Shown one piece after another: positions 1 to 12,333 of a DNA stretch of 64,000 nt. The notes beneath the pieces are model-generated. The model was given only the letters and a program-made list of their open reading frames with translations, was not told the origin of the DNA and did no database searches. Numbering within the stretch: the first letter of the stretch is position 1; every line of letters starts with the position of its first letter. The stretch comes from Squalus acanthias. Taxonomy: Eukaryota. Location: contig CM059432.1 of NCBI GenBank assembly GCA_030390025.1, forward strand, positions 25,546,001 through 25,610,000, given 5' to 3'. Made by a program: the position numbers and the translations under genes.

Positions 1-1380
1 CCTATTGAGCACAGCAGAGCAAAATCCTCGACTGAGGAAAAAAAAGGACTGAAGGTCTATAGTGAAAAGAAAATAGTTGGGGCCAGCGAAACTGAAATTG
101 TAGAAGTTGCAGAGGGCATCAGTGAGTTCCAGATGTAGATGGATACAGACTGGACAAGGGGTGAAAGAAAGGCATCAAGTTAATTAGTTCAGTGGGACAA
201 GAGCAAGTAGGAAACAATTAGTCTACCAGAGCAGTCCTGGTTTTGTATCTTGGGAAGAAAGTAGAAATGGCCTGCATGGGGTTGGGAACTATGAGGTTGG
301 TGGCAATGGAGCAAAGATCTTCAGAAGAGATGAGATTGGTCACAGTCTGGGAAATAATGGCTTTTTGTTTGCGAGTGGGATCGTAGATCATAGTCCAGAG
401 GGATCATACAACAGTGCGCCTCCTTTGTCAGTAGGTTTGATGATGATGTTGGGGTTCGGACTGAGGTTACGATGTTCTGCGAGTTCAGAGGGACATAGAT
501 TAGAGTGAGCAAGGGGAGTGGAGAAACTGACACATGCCAATATCACGATGACAGTTCTCAATGAAAAGATAAAGGGAAGGCAAGAGGCCAGGTGATGGGG
601 TAAACAAAGATAGCGAATTCTGGAGACAACAGAAAGGGTCAGATGCACAGAGGTAAAAGTGGTAGAGGTACAGCTCAGAATCATATCAAGCTTAAATTTT
701 GTTGACATTTGGATGTAAGGGGAGGAAGCTAAGGCCCTTGATGAGGACGGATCATTCAGGGTCAAGGAGGAGAAGGTCAGAGGACATTGGGAAAATCCAT
801 AAGGAGTGAGAATGGAAGGGGAAATGGGGTTGGAGAAAAACAAAGAGAACAAGGGATCAGGAGGTAAGCTGGCATGCAAGAGTTGTTTTGAGTTTTTTGT
901 TAAAGCCCCAGATGACATAGAGGATGAAATGGATTTAAGTTAGAAAATAAAGTGAGACAATGGTGCTGCAAAGAGAAGTGAGGAACATACATGCAGCGAT
1001 GCATGATGGAGAGGGTGGATTTCATGGGAGAGCAATAGTTAGAGAAACATTGAATATCACAGAGATATTGGTGATCATGGGTAGTTCCAAAACAGGAAGG
1101 TTGAAGTTTGAACCAAAATCAATGCGGAATTAGTCGGAGCTGGAGAAAGGTACTGAGAAAAGAAAGGTGGCTGTGAAAGCGAGTCTTAGCAAACACATGA
1201 TCAAAAACCAGTAGGGAAGGGAATAGGAATGAAGATGAACAAGGCAAAAGAAACAAACAGAAATCAAGGTGAAGAGTCGAAGAGAACTTCTTCAAGACTG
1301 CCTTACATGAAAGGGAACTGGTAGTAAAATGAAATAATACAAGTAAAAAGCAAAATACTGCAGATAGTGGAAATCAATAG
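1..1380 (-). mobile_element. Decayed Penelope-like retroelement (N-terminal part of the RT region; runs off the window start)
   Basis: ORF 388..918 ends in NIIIKPTDKGG (PLE IxIKPADKGG motif). The minus strand at ~185-290 reads like a degenerate FYxLPKIxxxDCxGRxIVS...SCPTELI. 1345-1378 matches the reverse complement of the PLE terminus seen at ~2395-2426. Confidence 0.75.
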
Positions 1381-1769
1381 TTAAATAAATGCTGAGATAT
1401 AACTTGTCTCCAGTAGAAAGCCCCTTTCACTGCCTTATCTTCACATACAACAGACAGAACCACCAAGAAAGAAACTTAATGAGATCAACATGCTTCAGGT
1501 GTTGAATACACTGCACATACTGACAGATAGAAAGAATTGATTTTCCAGGTGTAATATAATTGAAGAGGGTCATTCATGAACTTGAATTACATTGCAATTC
1601 AATTTGGTTCCAGCCTTTTAATCACCCGTTATATTCATTATTCATTATAACAAGTATGCAATTACAGAAGGTAGTATCAAAGGTACGCTATAAGGCACAG
1701 TTCTGTCAATAACAAATGATTAGTTTCCCCAAAACTTCAGTGGAGAAGTACACATCTTCTGCTGTGCTG

Positions 1770-2040
1770 AGCCATTCAAACTAGCAGGTCTTATTTCCCA
1801 TCACCAGTCTGTGCTCAGCTAGCTAATCTCAGCTGGGGCTGCAGGTGGGGGACTAGAATTAGCATCAGCACTCCTGGATTAAGGGAGAGAGAAAATGGAC
1901 AGGTTTCCATTTCTGGTCACTTTCCAGTGACCCCTGCTTGAAATCGTGCATATGTGGATGCGGACAGGATCGGGCTCAGCTGTGGTGTCCTCTAAGGTGC
2001 AACGTCAAGTATCACACATAATACCTGAGGGAGTGGAGTG
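1770..2040 (+). mobile_element. Old SINE-like interspersed repeat fragment
   Basis: Recognised only from memory of a repeat (ctgtgctcagctagctaatctcagctgggg...cagtgacccctgct...ggacaggatcgggctcagctgtg). No second copy in the window. Confidence 0.3.
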
Positions 2041-2054
2041 CTATTGGCAATATG

Positions 2055-3244
2055 GAACATAGGAAACTGAGGAACATATTAACAGGAGTAGGCCATTCAG
2101 CCCTCAAGCCTCTTCCACCATTCAATTAGATCATGGCTGGTCTGTACCTCAATTCCATTTATCCATCTTTGCTCCCTTGATGCTCTTACCGAACAAAAAT
2201 CTATCTGAAAATTTCAATTGACTAAGCATCCACAGCTTTTGGGGGTACATATGTGTGAAAAACTCATCCCTGATTTCACTCTTAAATGGCCTAACTCTGA
2301 TTTTAAGATATAAAAATTGAAACGTTAACTCTGTTTCTCTCTCCACAGGTGCTGCATGGCTTGCTGAGTATTTCCAGCATTTTCTATTTTGATTTCTGAT
2401 TTGCAGCGTCCGCAGTATTTTGCTTTTCTAATTTTAAGATTGCACCCTCTTGTTCTGGATTCCCCCACCAGAGGAAATCGTTTCTCTGTATCTACCCTAT
2501 CAAATACCTTAATCATTTTAAACACCTCAATTAGCTCATCCAACAACCTTCTAAACGCAAGAGAATTAAACCAAGTTTATGCAACCTGTCCTCATAATTT
2601 AACCCTATAAGACCTGGTATAATTCTGCTGAGTCTGCGCTGTACCCCTTCCAAGGCCAATATATCTTTTTTCCACCTGTGCCCTAACTTTTAGGGATATG
2701 TGTACGAACACCTAAATCCCTTTGCTCCTCCACAGTTCCTAGTCTCCCAGTATTAAGAAAATAGTCTGATTTGTCTTTCTCGAATCCAAAGTATGACCTC
2801 ACACTTCCCCACATTGAACGTCATCTGCCACAGTTTTGCCAACTCAGTCTATTTATGTCCCATCTACACAACTTACTGCACCTTCTTACTTAGTGTCATC
2901 GGTAAAATTAATATGCAACTCTCTATTCCTTCATCAAAGTTATTAATGTATATGTTGAATAGCTGAGGCCCTCGTACAGATCTCTGAGGAAGACCAGTTG
3001 TCACATCCCCCAATCAGAGAATATTCCCTTTATTCCTACTCTCTGTCACCTACCTCCCAAACAGTTACCATAACACAAGGTTACTTCCAATTCTGTGTGC
3101 TTTCATTTTTGCTAATAATCTCTTGTGTGTATTCTTATCAAATGCCTTCTGAAAGTCCATATAAAGAACATCCATATGCACTTCCCCATCCACCATACCA
3201 GTGGCCTCATCAAAATATTCAACCAGATTAGTCAGACTTGACCT
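2055..3244 (-). mobile_element. Old degenerate CR1 LINE, 3' part; resumes at ~5468-5550 after a younger CR1 insertion
   Basis: Peptide remnants RPFKSEIRDEFFT, FPLVGESRTRGCNLKI and DVLYMDFQKAFDK; CR1-type 3' end near 2055-2150. Confidence 0.85.
2310..2426 (+). mobile_element. Mini Penelope terminal (pLTR) fragment carrying the 3' half of a hammerhead motif
   Basis: gaaacgttaactctgtttctctctccac...gctgagt.tttccagca matches the element at 26133-26140 + 29558-29624. Flanked by a 14-bp duplication tctgattttaagat (2296-2309) / tctaattttaagat (2427-2440). Confidence 0.75.
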
Positions 3245-5469
3245 CATAGAGTCATAGAGTTATACAGCCGTGTCTATTCTAATCCCATTTTCCAGCACTT
3301 GGTCCATAGCCTTGTATGCTATGGCGTTTCAAGTGCTCATCTAAATGCTTCTTGAATGTTGTGAGGGGTTCCTGCCTCTACCACCCTTTCAGGCAGTGAG
3401 TTCCAGATTCCAACCACCCTCTGGGTGAAAAAGTTTTTCCTCAAATCCCCTCTAAACCTCCTGCCCCTTACCTTGAAACTATGTCCCCTGGTTATTGACC
3501 CTTCTACTAAGGGGAAAAGTTCCTTTCTATACACCCTATCTATGCCCCTCATAATTTTGTACACCTCAATCAGGTCCCCCCTCAGCCTTCTTTGCTCTAA
3601 GGAAAACAACCCCAGCCTGTCCAGTCTCTCTTCATAGCTGAAGCGCTGCAGGCCAGGTAACATCCTGGTGAATCTCCTCTGCACCCTCTCCAATGCAATC
3701 ACATCCTTCCTATGGTGTGGCGACCAGAACTGCACACAGTATTCCAGCTGTGGCCTAACTAGCGTTTTGTACAGCTCCATCATAACCTCCCTGCTCTTAT
3801 ATTCTATGCCTCGGCTAATGAAGGCAAGTATCCCATATGCCTTTTTAACCACCTTATCTACCTGTCCTGCTGCCTTCAGGGATCTATGTACATGCACACC
3901 AAGGTCCCTCTGATCCTCCGTCCTTCCTAGGGTCCTACCATTCATTGTGTATTCCCTTGCCTTGTTAGTTCTCCCAAAATGCATCACCTCACACTTTTCA
4001 GGGTTAAATTCCATTTGCCACTGTTCTGCCCATCTAACCAACCCGTCTATATCATCCTGTAGCCTGAGGCTTCCCTCCTCGCTATTTACCACTCCACCAA
4101 TTTTTGTGTCATCTGCGAACTTACTGATTATACCTTCTACATTCATATCTAAATCATTAATGTACACTACAAACAGCAAAGGACCCAGCACCGATCCCTG
4201 CGGTACACCACTGGACACAGGCTTCCAGTCACAAAAACAACCTTCAACCATCACCCTCTGCCTCCTGCCACTAAGCCAATTTTGGATCCAATGTGCCAAA
4301 TTGCCCTGGATCCCATGGGCTCTTACCTTCTTGACCAGTCTCCCATGTGGGACTTTGTCAAAAGCCTTTCTGAAGTCATGTAGACTACATCAACCCTCAT
4401 CCATGCACCTAGTCACCCCCTCGAAAAATTCAATCAAATTGGTTAGACATGATCTCCCACTGACAAAGCCATGCTGACTATCCTTGATTAATCCTTGCCT
4501 CTCCAAGTGGAGACAATTCTGTCCCTCAGAATTTTTTCCAATAATTTCCCTACCACTGATGTTAGGCTCACTGGCCTGTAATTCCCTGGTTTATTCCTAC
4601 TACCCTTCTTGAATAATGCTACTACGTTAGCTGTTCTTCAGTCCCCTGGCACCTCCCCTGTGTTTAGAGAGGTTCTGAAAATTTGTGTCAGAGCCCCTGC
4701 AATCTCCTCCCTTGCCTCACACAGCAGCCTGGGATACATCTCGTCTGGGCCTGGGGATTTATCCACTTTTAAGCCCGCTAAAACCACTAGTACCTCCTCC
4801 CTCTCAATACTAATTTGTTCAATTATATCACAATCCCCCTGCCTGATTTCTATGCCTGCATCGTCCTTCTCCATAGTGAACACAGATACAAAATATTCAT
4901 TTAAAACCTCACCCACATCTTCCGGCTCTGCACACAGATTGCCAGTTTGGTCCCTAATGGGCCCTACTCTTTCCCTGGTTATCCTCTTGCCCTTAATATA
5001 CTTATAAAACACCTTGGGATGTTCCTTTATTTTGCCCGCCAGTCTTTTTTCATGCCCCCTCTTCGCTCTCCTAATTTCTTTTTTAAGTACTCCCCTGCAC
5101 TTTCTATACTCCTCTCGGGCTTCCATTGTTTTTAGTCCTTTGTATTTGCCAAAAGCCTCCCTTTTTTTTCCTAATCCATTCTTGTATATCCCTTGACATC
5201 CAGGGTTCCCTGGGCTTGTTGGTCCCACCCTTGACCTTTACGGGAACATGGTGGCGTTGTACTCTCTCTATTTCCTTTCTGAAAGACTCCCACTGCTTTG
5301 ATGTGGATTTTCCTACAAGTAGCTGATCCCAGTCCACTTTGGTCAGATCCTGCCTTATTGTATTAAAATCGGCCTTCCCCCAATTTAGAACCTTTATTTC
5401 TGGTCCATCTTTGTCCTTTTCCATGACTACCTTAAATCTCACCGAATTATGGTCACTGTCACCAAAATG
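3245..5469 (-). mobile_element. Young 5'-truncated CR1 LINE (ORF2 RT pseudogene) inserted into the older CR1
   Basis: ORFs 5104..5442, 4638..5228 and 3337..4299 (SGVPQGSVLGP, KFADDTK); (catagagt) tail at 3245; tgacct repeated at 3239-3244 and 5468-5473. Confidence 0.95.
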
Positions 5470-5644
5470 ACCTATGCTTCACAAATCAATACCGACTCTC
5501 TTTGATCAATTGATACCTGCCCGATGCTCAGTCACTCTATCCTGCGCATATACCTGATGATGGTTTGCTCACATTTTTTTGACTTACTTTGTGGATTCTC
5601 CCCTTCCACCCCCCTAACTACTTTAAATCATTCCTCACTGACCC

Positions 5645-5890
5645 TAAATATTGCTCAGGACTCTAGGAGAATTCTCCTGCTCTTCTTGAAATAATGCTAT
5701 GGGATCTTATACATTCACCTTTGGTTTAACATGTCATCCAAAAGACAGCACCTCCAACAGCACAGCAGTCCTTCAGTATTTCACTGAAGTGTCAGCTTAG
5801 ATTCTGTCCTGGAGTAGGGCTGTAAACCCACAACCTTCTCACTCCGAGGCGAGAGTGCTACCACTGAGCGTGACACTTAGCCAAGGCTGA
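5645..5890 (-). mobile_element. DeuSINE (SacSINE1/AmnSINE-like) fragment with tRNA-derived head
   Basis: Matches the more complete copy at 44711-45151 (ctcctgctcttcttgaaata...gggatctt...ccaaaagacagcacctcc...gcgagagtgctaccactgagc). Confidence 0.8.
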
Positions 5891-6884
5891 GGTGGTGCTG
5901 CTATAAGAGAGATGGTCACTTACTCGTGCAGAGACAGCAAGGACACTGACACCAAATGTAATGGCTAACAGCAGAGATGGGGCCATTTGTTTCTACCCAC
6001 AGGGTGCCGTGCACTCACTGCATCCACACAGACCAGCAATGTTGTTTTTTGCAATGTTGGTTGGCCTGGACAAACCTTTCTCCGCAGGTCCAGTAGGCAG
6101 AAATGAAAGTCACAGGCTCAGTTGTTGTTGTGTTGCTTCCATCTGTGGAACCTTCCCTGCAATGTGAATGGAATGGATCCCATAGCATCAAAATCCCAAG
6201 GTGATATGTAACTGCTTCAACTTAAAGCATTTCCGTTAAATCATAGATGAACATCGCTCAGAGCTATACTTGCCATTTTTTGCCAAACAGGCGGAGGTAG
6301 TATCATGGTTCTTCTCTGCTGATGAAAACTCATTCGCCTCCATTAGAAACTAATATCTCTGAATCATGGGGCACAGAAGGAAAGCAATAAAGGCTTCAAA
6401 ATGAAGAGCTATGGGGAACTCCATAAGCTGGAGGTTTCATAAAGATGCCTCTCCAAAGAGCAATACGCTGACAGTGGCCTCAGGGGGCGGGATTTTGCAG
6501 CTGGTAGAATTAATGACCAAATCAAGTGATATATGTGTAAGGTACTTAACGGGATTCAGAAAATAAACCAAAAAACAATACTTTCAGATATAACAAGGCA
6601 GGAGGACAGGAGGGCACAGGTTCAGGGATGTGAAGGGCAAGCTTAGGACAGACACAAGGAAGTATTTATTTACGTTGAAATTGATCAACAGCTAAAGTGG
6701 AGTTGCAAGACATGGTAATTGGGGTATGGGCATTGCATTCATTTATGGAACACCAAATTCTTGAATGGGAAGACGGTAGAGTTGATATTCTGGAAGCATA
6801 AGATCAAATAAGCCAAAGGGCCTTCTTCATCAAAATCTATCCTGTAAAGTAAGTAGAAAAATGTTCTTTTATTTAAGAAATATA

Positions 6885-7058
6885 GGGGTAGAAATTCATC
6901 TTGGGTGGCAGCGAGTAGCAGGCGGTACCGCCTGTTATGTGTCCTGCCCGATATACAGTTTCATTGAAGTCAGTGGAACTGAATATTGGCCAGGGCGTGA
7001 ACGCGGGCAATGCAATACCACCTGTTTTGTGTTAACCCCCATGTGAATTTCTACTCCA
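6885..7058. mobile_element. Short palindromic Harbinger-type MITE
   Basis: Terminal inverted repeats ggggtagaaattca / tgaatttctactcc, with internal symmetry. Confidence 0.6.
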
Positions 7059-9450
7059 TCGGCTCTTCGTGAATGTTTACATTTTTAGGAATTTCCTCTC
7101 GTAAGTTTAATTATCCAGTGCAAAAATGGATAAGTGGCAACTGTAACAGACAATGTTTGTGTGTGTCACTGTATTACGCGCAGTAAAATGGTGCAAGTCT
7201 CTGAACTTTAGCACTGTTTTAACAGCTACTTTAATGAGACCTAAAATTCAATGGAAAAGCAGGAACTTTCCAACTCTCTGAAAGCACCCTTACATGTACA
7301 GTGATAATTTATCTTGAAGTAAGTGACTGCTTTTGGTCTCCAGTTCTTAGCATTTTACTTATTAACCTCTGTCATCATTTCTAAACACAACAGATTTAAT
7401 ACGGATCTCTAAAAATAACTTTTTTCCCCCCTCAGCTTTAAATTTATTAGGTTTGAAGCCATTACTTATATTTGCATAATTGACATCATTATCTGTCAGC
7501 TTGCTCGGCTCAGGCTGACAGTCATTAAAAGATCATTATAAACAGGGCTGTAATGAGTTCATGAGGCCAAATGGCTGCATTTTAATCACCAGAGAATGAT
7601 AAGCTGGCGGTGGCCTAAGGGAGAGGGATCTCGTAGCTGGCGGAGTTAATGACCAAATCAGGTTAGGAAAATTCACCACCTGTGCCCGAGTGTACTGTGT
7701 AATTGAGACTGCAATTTGGAGAAGTCGGAGCTGGAATGGATATGTATGTCATTACTGAGGTCGCTGTTCAGGAATGGGACGGAAACGATCAGAGCCACAG
7801 GGAAGTTGCCCACCTTTATCAGCATTGCTGGAATGAGTACAAAAGGATTTTCTCTGTTATGCCCTCTCCCCTTCGGTAAATTGGTTTCTCAACTATGAAT
7901 GTTGTGCTTGTTTAAAGTACGGAATGTGAGCTGCTGAAGGGGCAGCAAGAATGGTTCTTGTACAAAACCAAAAAATATTGCACGGTGAAACAGTGAGGTG
8001 CTTTTTTGAGGTTAGGGTTAAGGCACATTGTTGAGGCATGGTATAAAGAGTTTTACCCTACGTCCAGACTATGTTCTATCTAGCTCTTGTATTGAAAAAA
8101 CCTGGGCAAAGGACCAAGGCAAATAGTGCAGGATATGACAAACCTGGGTTTTAATATAAGAATGAGGTAGACTTGGGGAGAGAGAGAAAGAGTAAAAGAA
8201 AGATCTAGCACTGACCTCAGGACACTAGGACATCCTTCTGGTACTTAGGAGTGCCCATCAAATATTTTGTGGGACAAGATGGTTCCTCAGTTGCTGGGTC
8301 CACTGAAATGTGATGTCAAGGCTGGCTATCGGTCATTAATGTTAATATAAGATATAAGGTTAGATAGGTACATGTCCGCTTCTCATTCTATGTTTTCTTA
8401 TGTTCTTAGTACAGATAGTGGAACATTCCCGGTGATCCAGGATCTATCCTCTATTAAACTGGGAGAGCCCGCTGCTAACATTATGTGCAAAAAGTGCAAA
8501 GATTATGCCATGTCCTGCTAATGCCATACTTGAGCCAACAAAAGGAATCCCTCTCCAAAAACAAGTGATGTTTTTAGTAAAACGCTAGTCAGTCTCAACC
8601 CAGTTCCTTGTGAGTGTGGAGCCAACAGCACAAAAGTATCCCAATTTACCATCGAAGAGCTCATTTTATGAGTTTGTGCAAGCAGGAAGAAAAATCATGG
8701 TAGCTCAATGAGCAGCTCATACCTGATGTATGCTACCAGCTGGCAAAGCTTCCCACCAGTAGCGAAAACTCAGAAAATTACTCCCTGAAATTGGTAACTC
8801 CCCTCACAGGATAGCTGGTACAGAAAATGAGGAAATGTCACATTAGTGCAGTAAGAGGCATTGTTCTGAGGTTGAAGTTGCGGCACACTGTTGGGGCAGA
8901 GGATAGAGAGCTTTACTCAACATTTATGCTGCGCTGAACCTGATTTTGATGCTGCCCGAGAAACAGGAGGTACTCCACTTTCCAGCAGTAATATCCTTCA
9001 GCTGGACGAGCACAAAATTCCCATTTTCTTTCTGACAACAAAGCAATATAAATGGAGTCAACTATATAATTTCTTGTCATTGTCACCTCGCCTGTCTCCG
9101 TTTCTCTTTAAAGACCTCGTTATCTCTGTTTCGCAAACATTATTCAAAAACAAGTGACTGTTTCTGTAGCAGCAGTTGCACAAAAGTTTCCGAGATCTTA
9201 TAAAAAAGGCTGCATATAGTGACAGCACAAGTCCCGGCCAGAATGGAGATGATTGGGTAATTCCCCCATCAATCACGGCTGATGACCACACTGCTGTGAG
9301 TGACTGAGATTGATTTTATGCACATAGTTTGTATTATGTAACTATCCCCCGCTCACTTAATTCTGCTGGAGAAAAAATCCTGCTTTTATCGGGAGACTTT
9401 GCTATAGTTTCGGTCACGAGTTCCATTTGCTGTAGCTTGTAGACTCTGAG

Positions 9451-9560
9451 TTTGCTGAGTAAATAGACTCTGTTTGCTGTTTGCTGAGTAAATAGACACT
9501 GTTTGCTGTTTGCTGAGTAAATAGACTCTGTTTGCTGTTTGCTGAGTAAATAGACTCTGC
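9451..9560. repeat. 29-bp tandem repeat, ~3.8 copies
   Basis: Unit tttgctgagtaaatagactctgtttgctg starting at 9451, 9480, 9509 and 9538. Confidence 0.95.
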
Positions 9561-10062
9561 TGTAAATCCTGCCGTAAATCCTGCCCTGCCCCTAACTCAT
9601 TGGCTGACACAGTGCAACTCATCGGCTAACACAATGGTATCAATACTCGCTCTGTAAAAAACACACATACACAGGCAGGAACCCTTTGCTCAAGATTTTC
9701 TGAGCTTCATTCCCAATTAACGACTGTAAAACTGCATGGATGCCATAAACACAGTGGCTGCAGAAGCTCTGCTCAGAAAATGAATGCCTCACAAATCTCT
9801 TAACACCCTGTTGTACAAGATAACATGTGGAAGTTGCCTAATAGCGCTAATAAATAATTTAGAGAATTTCAGTACCTTGCTTCTCTACAGCATGCCTCAC
9901 GTAAGGAAAGCATGTGGCAGAAAAAAGGGTAGGCACTGAGCAAGACAAAATGGGAAATAAGCTTAGAGTTTTGGGGCTGAAAGGTTCAAGTTTTCAGTCA
10001 CACCTCCAAATTTCTTCCTTCCTGTCTATTTCACTTTATGCAGATCTGTGAAGCACCGAGAT

Positions 10063-10420
10063 AACAACTTGCATTTATATAGCGCCTTTTATGGCCTTAG
10101 GACATCCCAAAGCAATTTACAGCTAATGAAATACTTTTGAAGTGTAGTCACTGTAGTAATGTAGGAAACGCTGCAGCCAATTTACACACAGCAAGGTCCC
10201 ACAAGCAGCAATGTAAATGACCAAATCATCTGTTTTAGTGATGTTGGTTGGGGGATAAATATTTTCCAGGACATCAGGGAGAACTCTCCTACTTTTCTTC
10301 GAAATAGTGCCACAGTATCTTTTATGTCCACCTGAGAGGGCAGACGGGGCCTCGGTTTAATGTCTAATCCAACAGTCCCCCAGCACTGTGGTGTCAGCCT
10401 ATATTTTGTGCTCAAATCAG
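10063..10420 (-). mobile_element. DeuSINE, head missing
   Basis: acttgcatttatatagcgcc tail; Deu core cagcaaggtcccac...ttggttg.gggataaatatt...cacctgagagggcagacggggcctcggtttaa. Confidence 0.85.
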
Positions 10421-12333
10421 GGATCATCAGGGAAGCAATAAATCCAATTATACCAGTTAAGCATAGAGTAATGTAAGAGTAGCTTGGGCGGCAGGAGGGC
10501 AGTGAGCAACCAGGGAGGCCTTGAAAGTAGACCTCCAGCAGCAATACTTCAAAAATTATATGTAAGGAAAATGGTAACTTATGTACACTGTGTAAGGATG
10601 ATATTAGGTAAACCTGAGCATGGCTAGAGTCAAGGTGTATTTGTGCGTGTGTGTGTATATAAATATTGATAACAGGATCACTGCCTCTGACTGCACCCAA
10701 AGGCACACAATTATTTGTTTTGGCTTTAAAGAGTAAAAATCCATCTGCCAGAGTGCGAGAGAGAGGAGATATTTCTTCATTTCAGATTCTATTGTATTCA
10801 GAGAGCCTGGCTTATATTAAAAGCAGAGCTGTGGTAAGAGTTTCTATGTGCTAGTCCTCTGCATTTAATCTAAATCAGGCTGTCTGAACACAGTGCTTTG
10901 TAAAATGAAGAGTTTTCAAGTATCGTATATACTTGTGTATAAGGTGACCCCCAAACGTTACACTCAATAAACTTGAAAAATTTGTGACTCTTGTGTGAGA
11001 CGAGGGTTAACATTACAGAGCTATTATCCAACAAAATTCTCATCTTCATGTCAGCTTCCATCCACAAATGCATTTTCTCTGTTTCTCATTTCAACCTGAG
11101 CCTTCCTAGTCACTATTACTCAGTTCCTACAGTGCTATAATGTTTAAATGACAGCTCTCCCTCCGGACTTCAGTCTTGGCTTCTGTTGTTGTATCCTTTT
11201 CTGTACGTATCCAGCTGGGCTGTCTCCAATTTCAAGTCATCCGTGGAGGACCTGGACTGAACTCAAGTAGGAAAGTTGCTATTTAAGTATCCCAGTGCTG
11301 GAAGAGGAGAGCAACCCATTGACATCTGATAGGAACGCATTTCTATACTGTATTGTTTTTGGAGAAGCTACCTTATGATGAGGCAAGCCAGCCAGAAAGG
11401 AAGCGTGCAGAATATGAACTGTGTATAAGCTCACTCTCCACATTTTCCCTCAAACAAACATAACTTTCTAGTCTTATATACAAGTATATAGTCAGGTCAG
11501 TACGCAGCATTTAGAGTCGTGCTTGAAGGATGTAAGTACCAAGCAATGTAACACAAACCTTTTAGGACTTAGCGTCAGTATTATACCAGTCCTCTTTGTG
11601 GCCTCTGAGATTGAGGCTGCCAATTGCTGAAACTTATTGCCAATTTTGTGCTGTGATTTTGGGCTGCCTACTCTTTTTAAACCTTGATGATGTTTTCTAT
11701 AATGAGCTTTGATCTATTGCCAAGGTTTCTCAATCATAATTTTTTTTTTTACTCGCTTGTTTAAATAATGAACATTGTTGGTATCTTTGGAGCACCAATT
11801 GGAAGGAGCTACTGAGCTCAGCAGTGTGATCATACAGAGATAAAGTGAACTCCAGGCCATGGCTTTTCAAATCTGGACCCTGGATCCTGGAGGGTCCACT
11901 ATAGAATCCCAGGGGTCCTAAGACAGGTTATTAAATTATGATTGCCATCAGATTTCTATATCGTTCTGTATTTTTTGCCTTACTAGCCCATCACCTCTGT
12001 TGCTGTATACTAATAAAACAATTGTCTACAATGAGAGCACTGTTTTCCTTTAAATCACTCACAGCCTTTTGTTAATTAGGACAGTGGGTCTCCAGGATTT
12101 CGCCAATATTTTCTGATGCTCTTTATCTACTTCTGTAATTTTAGAGATCCCAAGAGCGTGGTAATATTTTCAGTAGATTACCAGGAGTGAGTTAATATAT
12201 TCAGGAATTCCTTGGGAATATGTTCATATTTTCAGGAGATCTCCAGGAGTCTATTTTTTTTCAGGACTCCCCAGGAGTTTAATATGTTCACAGATTCCCA
12301 GGGATGTATTGATACTTTCAGCGATCCCTAGGC

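Noticed and set aside
5900..12090. Host-gene exons in the least repetitive stretch
   Set aside because: The candidate acceptor near 6290 meets stops in all three frames, and no recognisable protein was found. Short or non-coding exons cannot be excluded.
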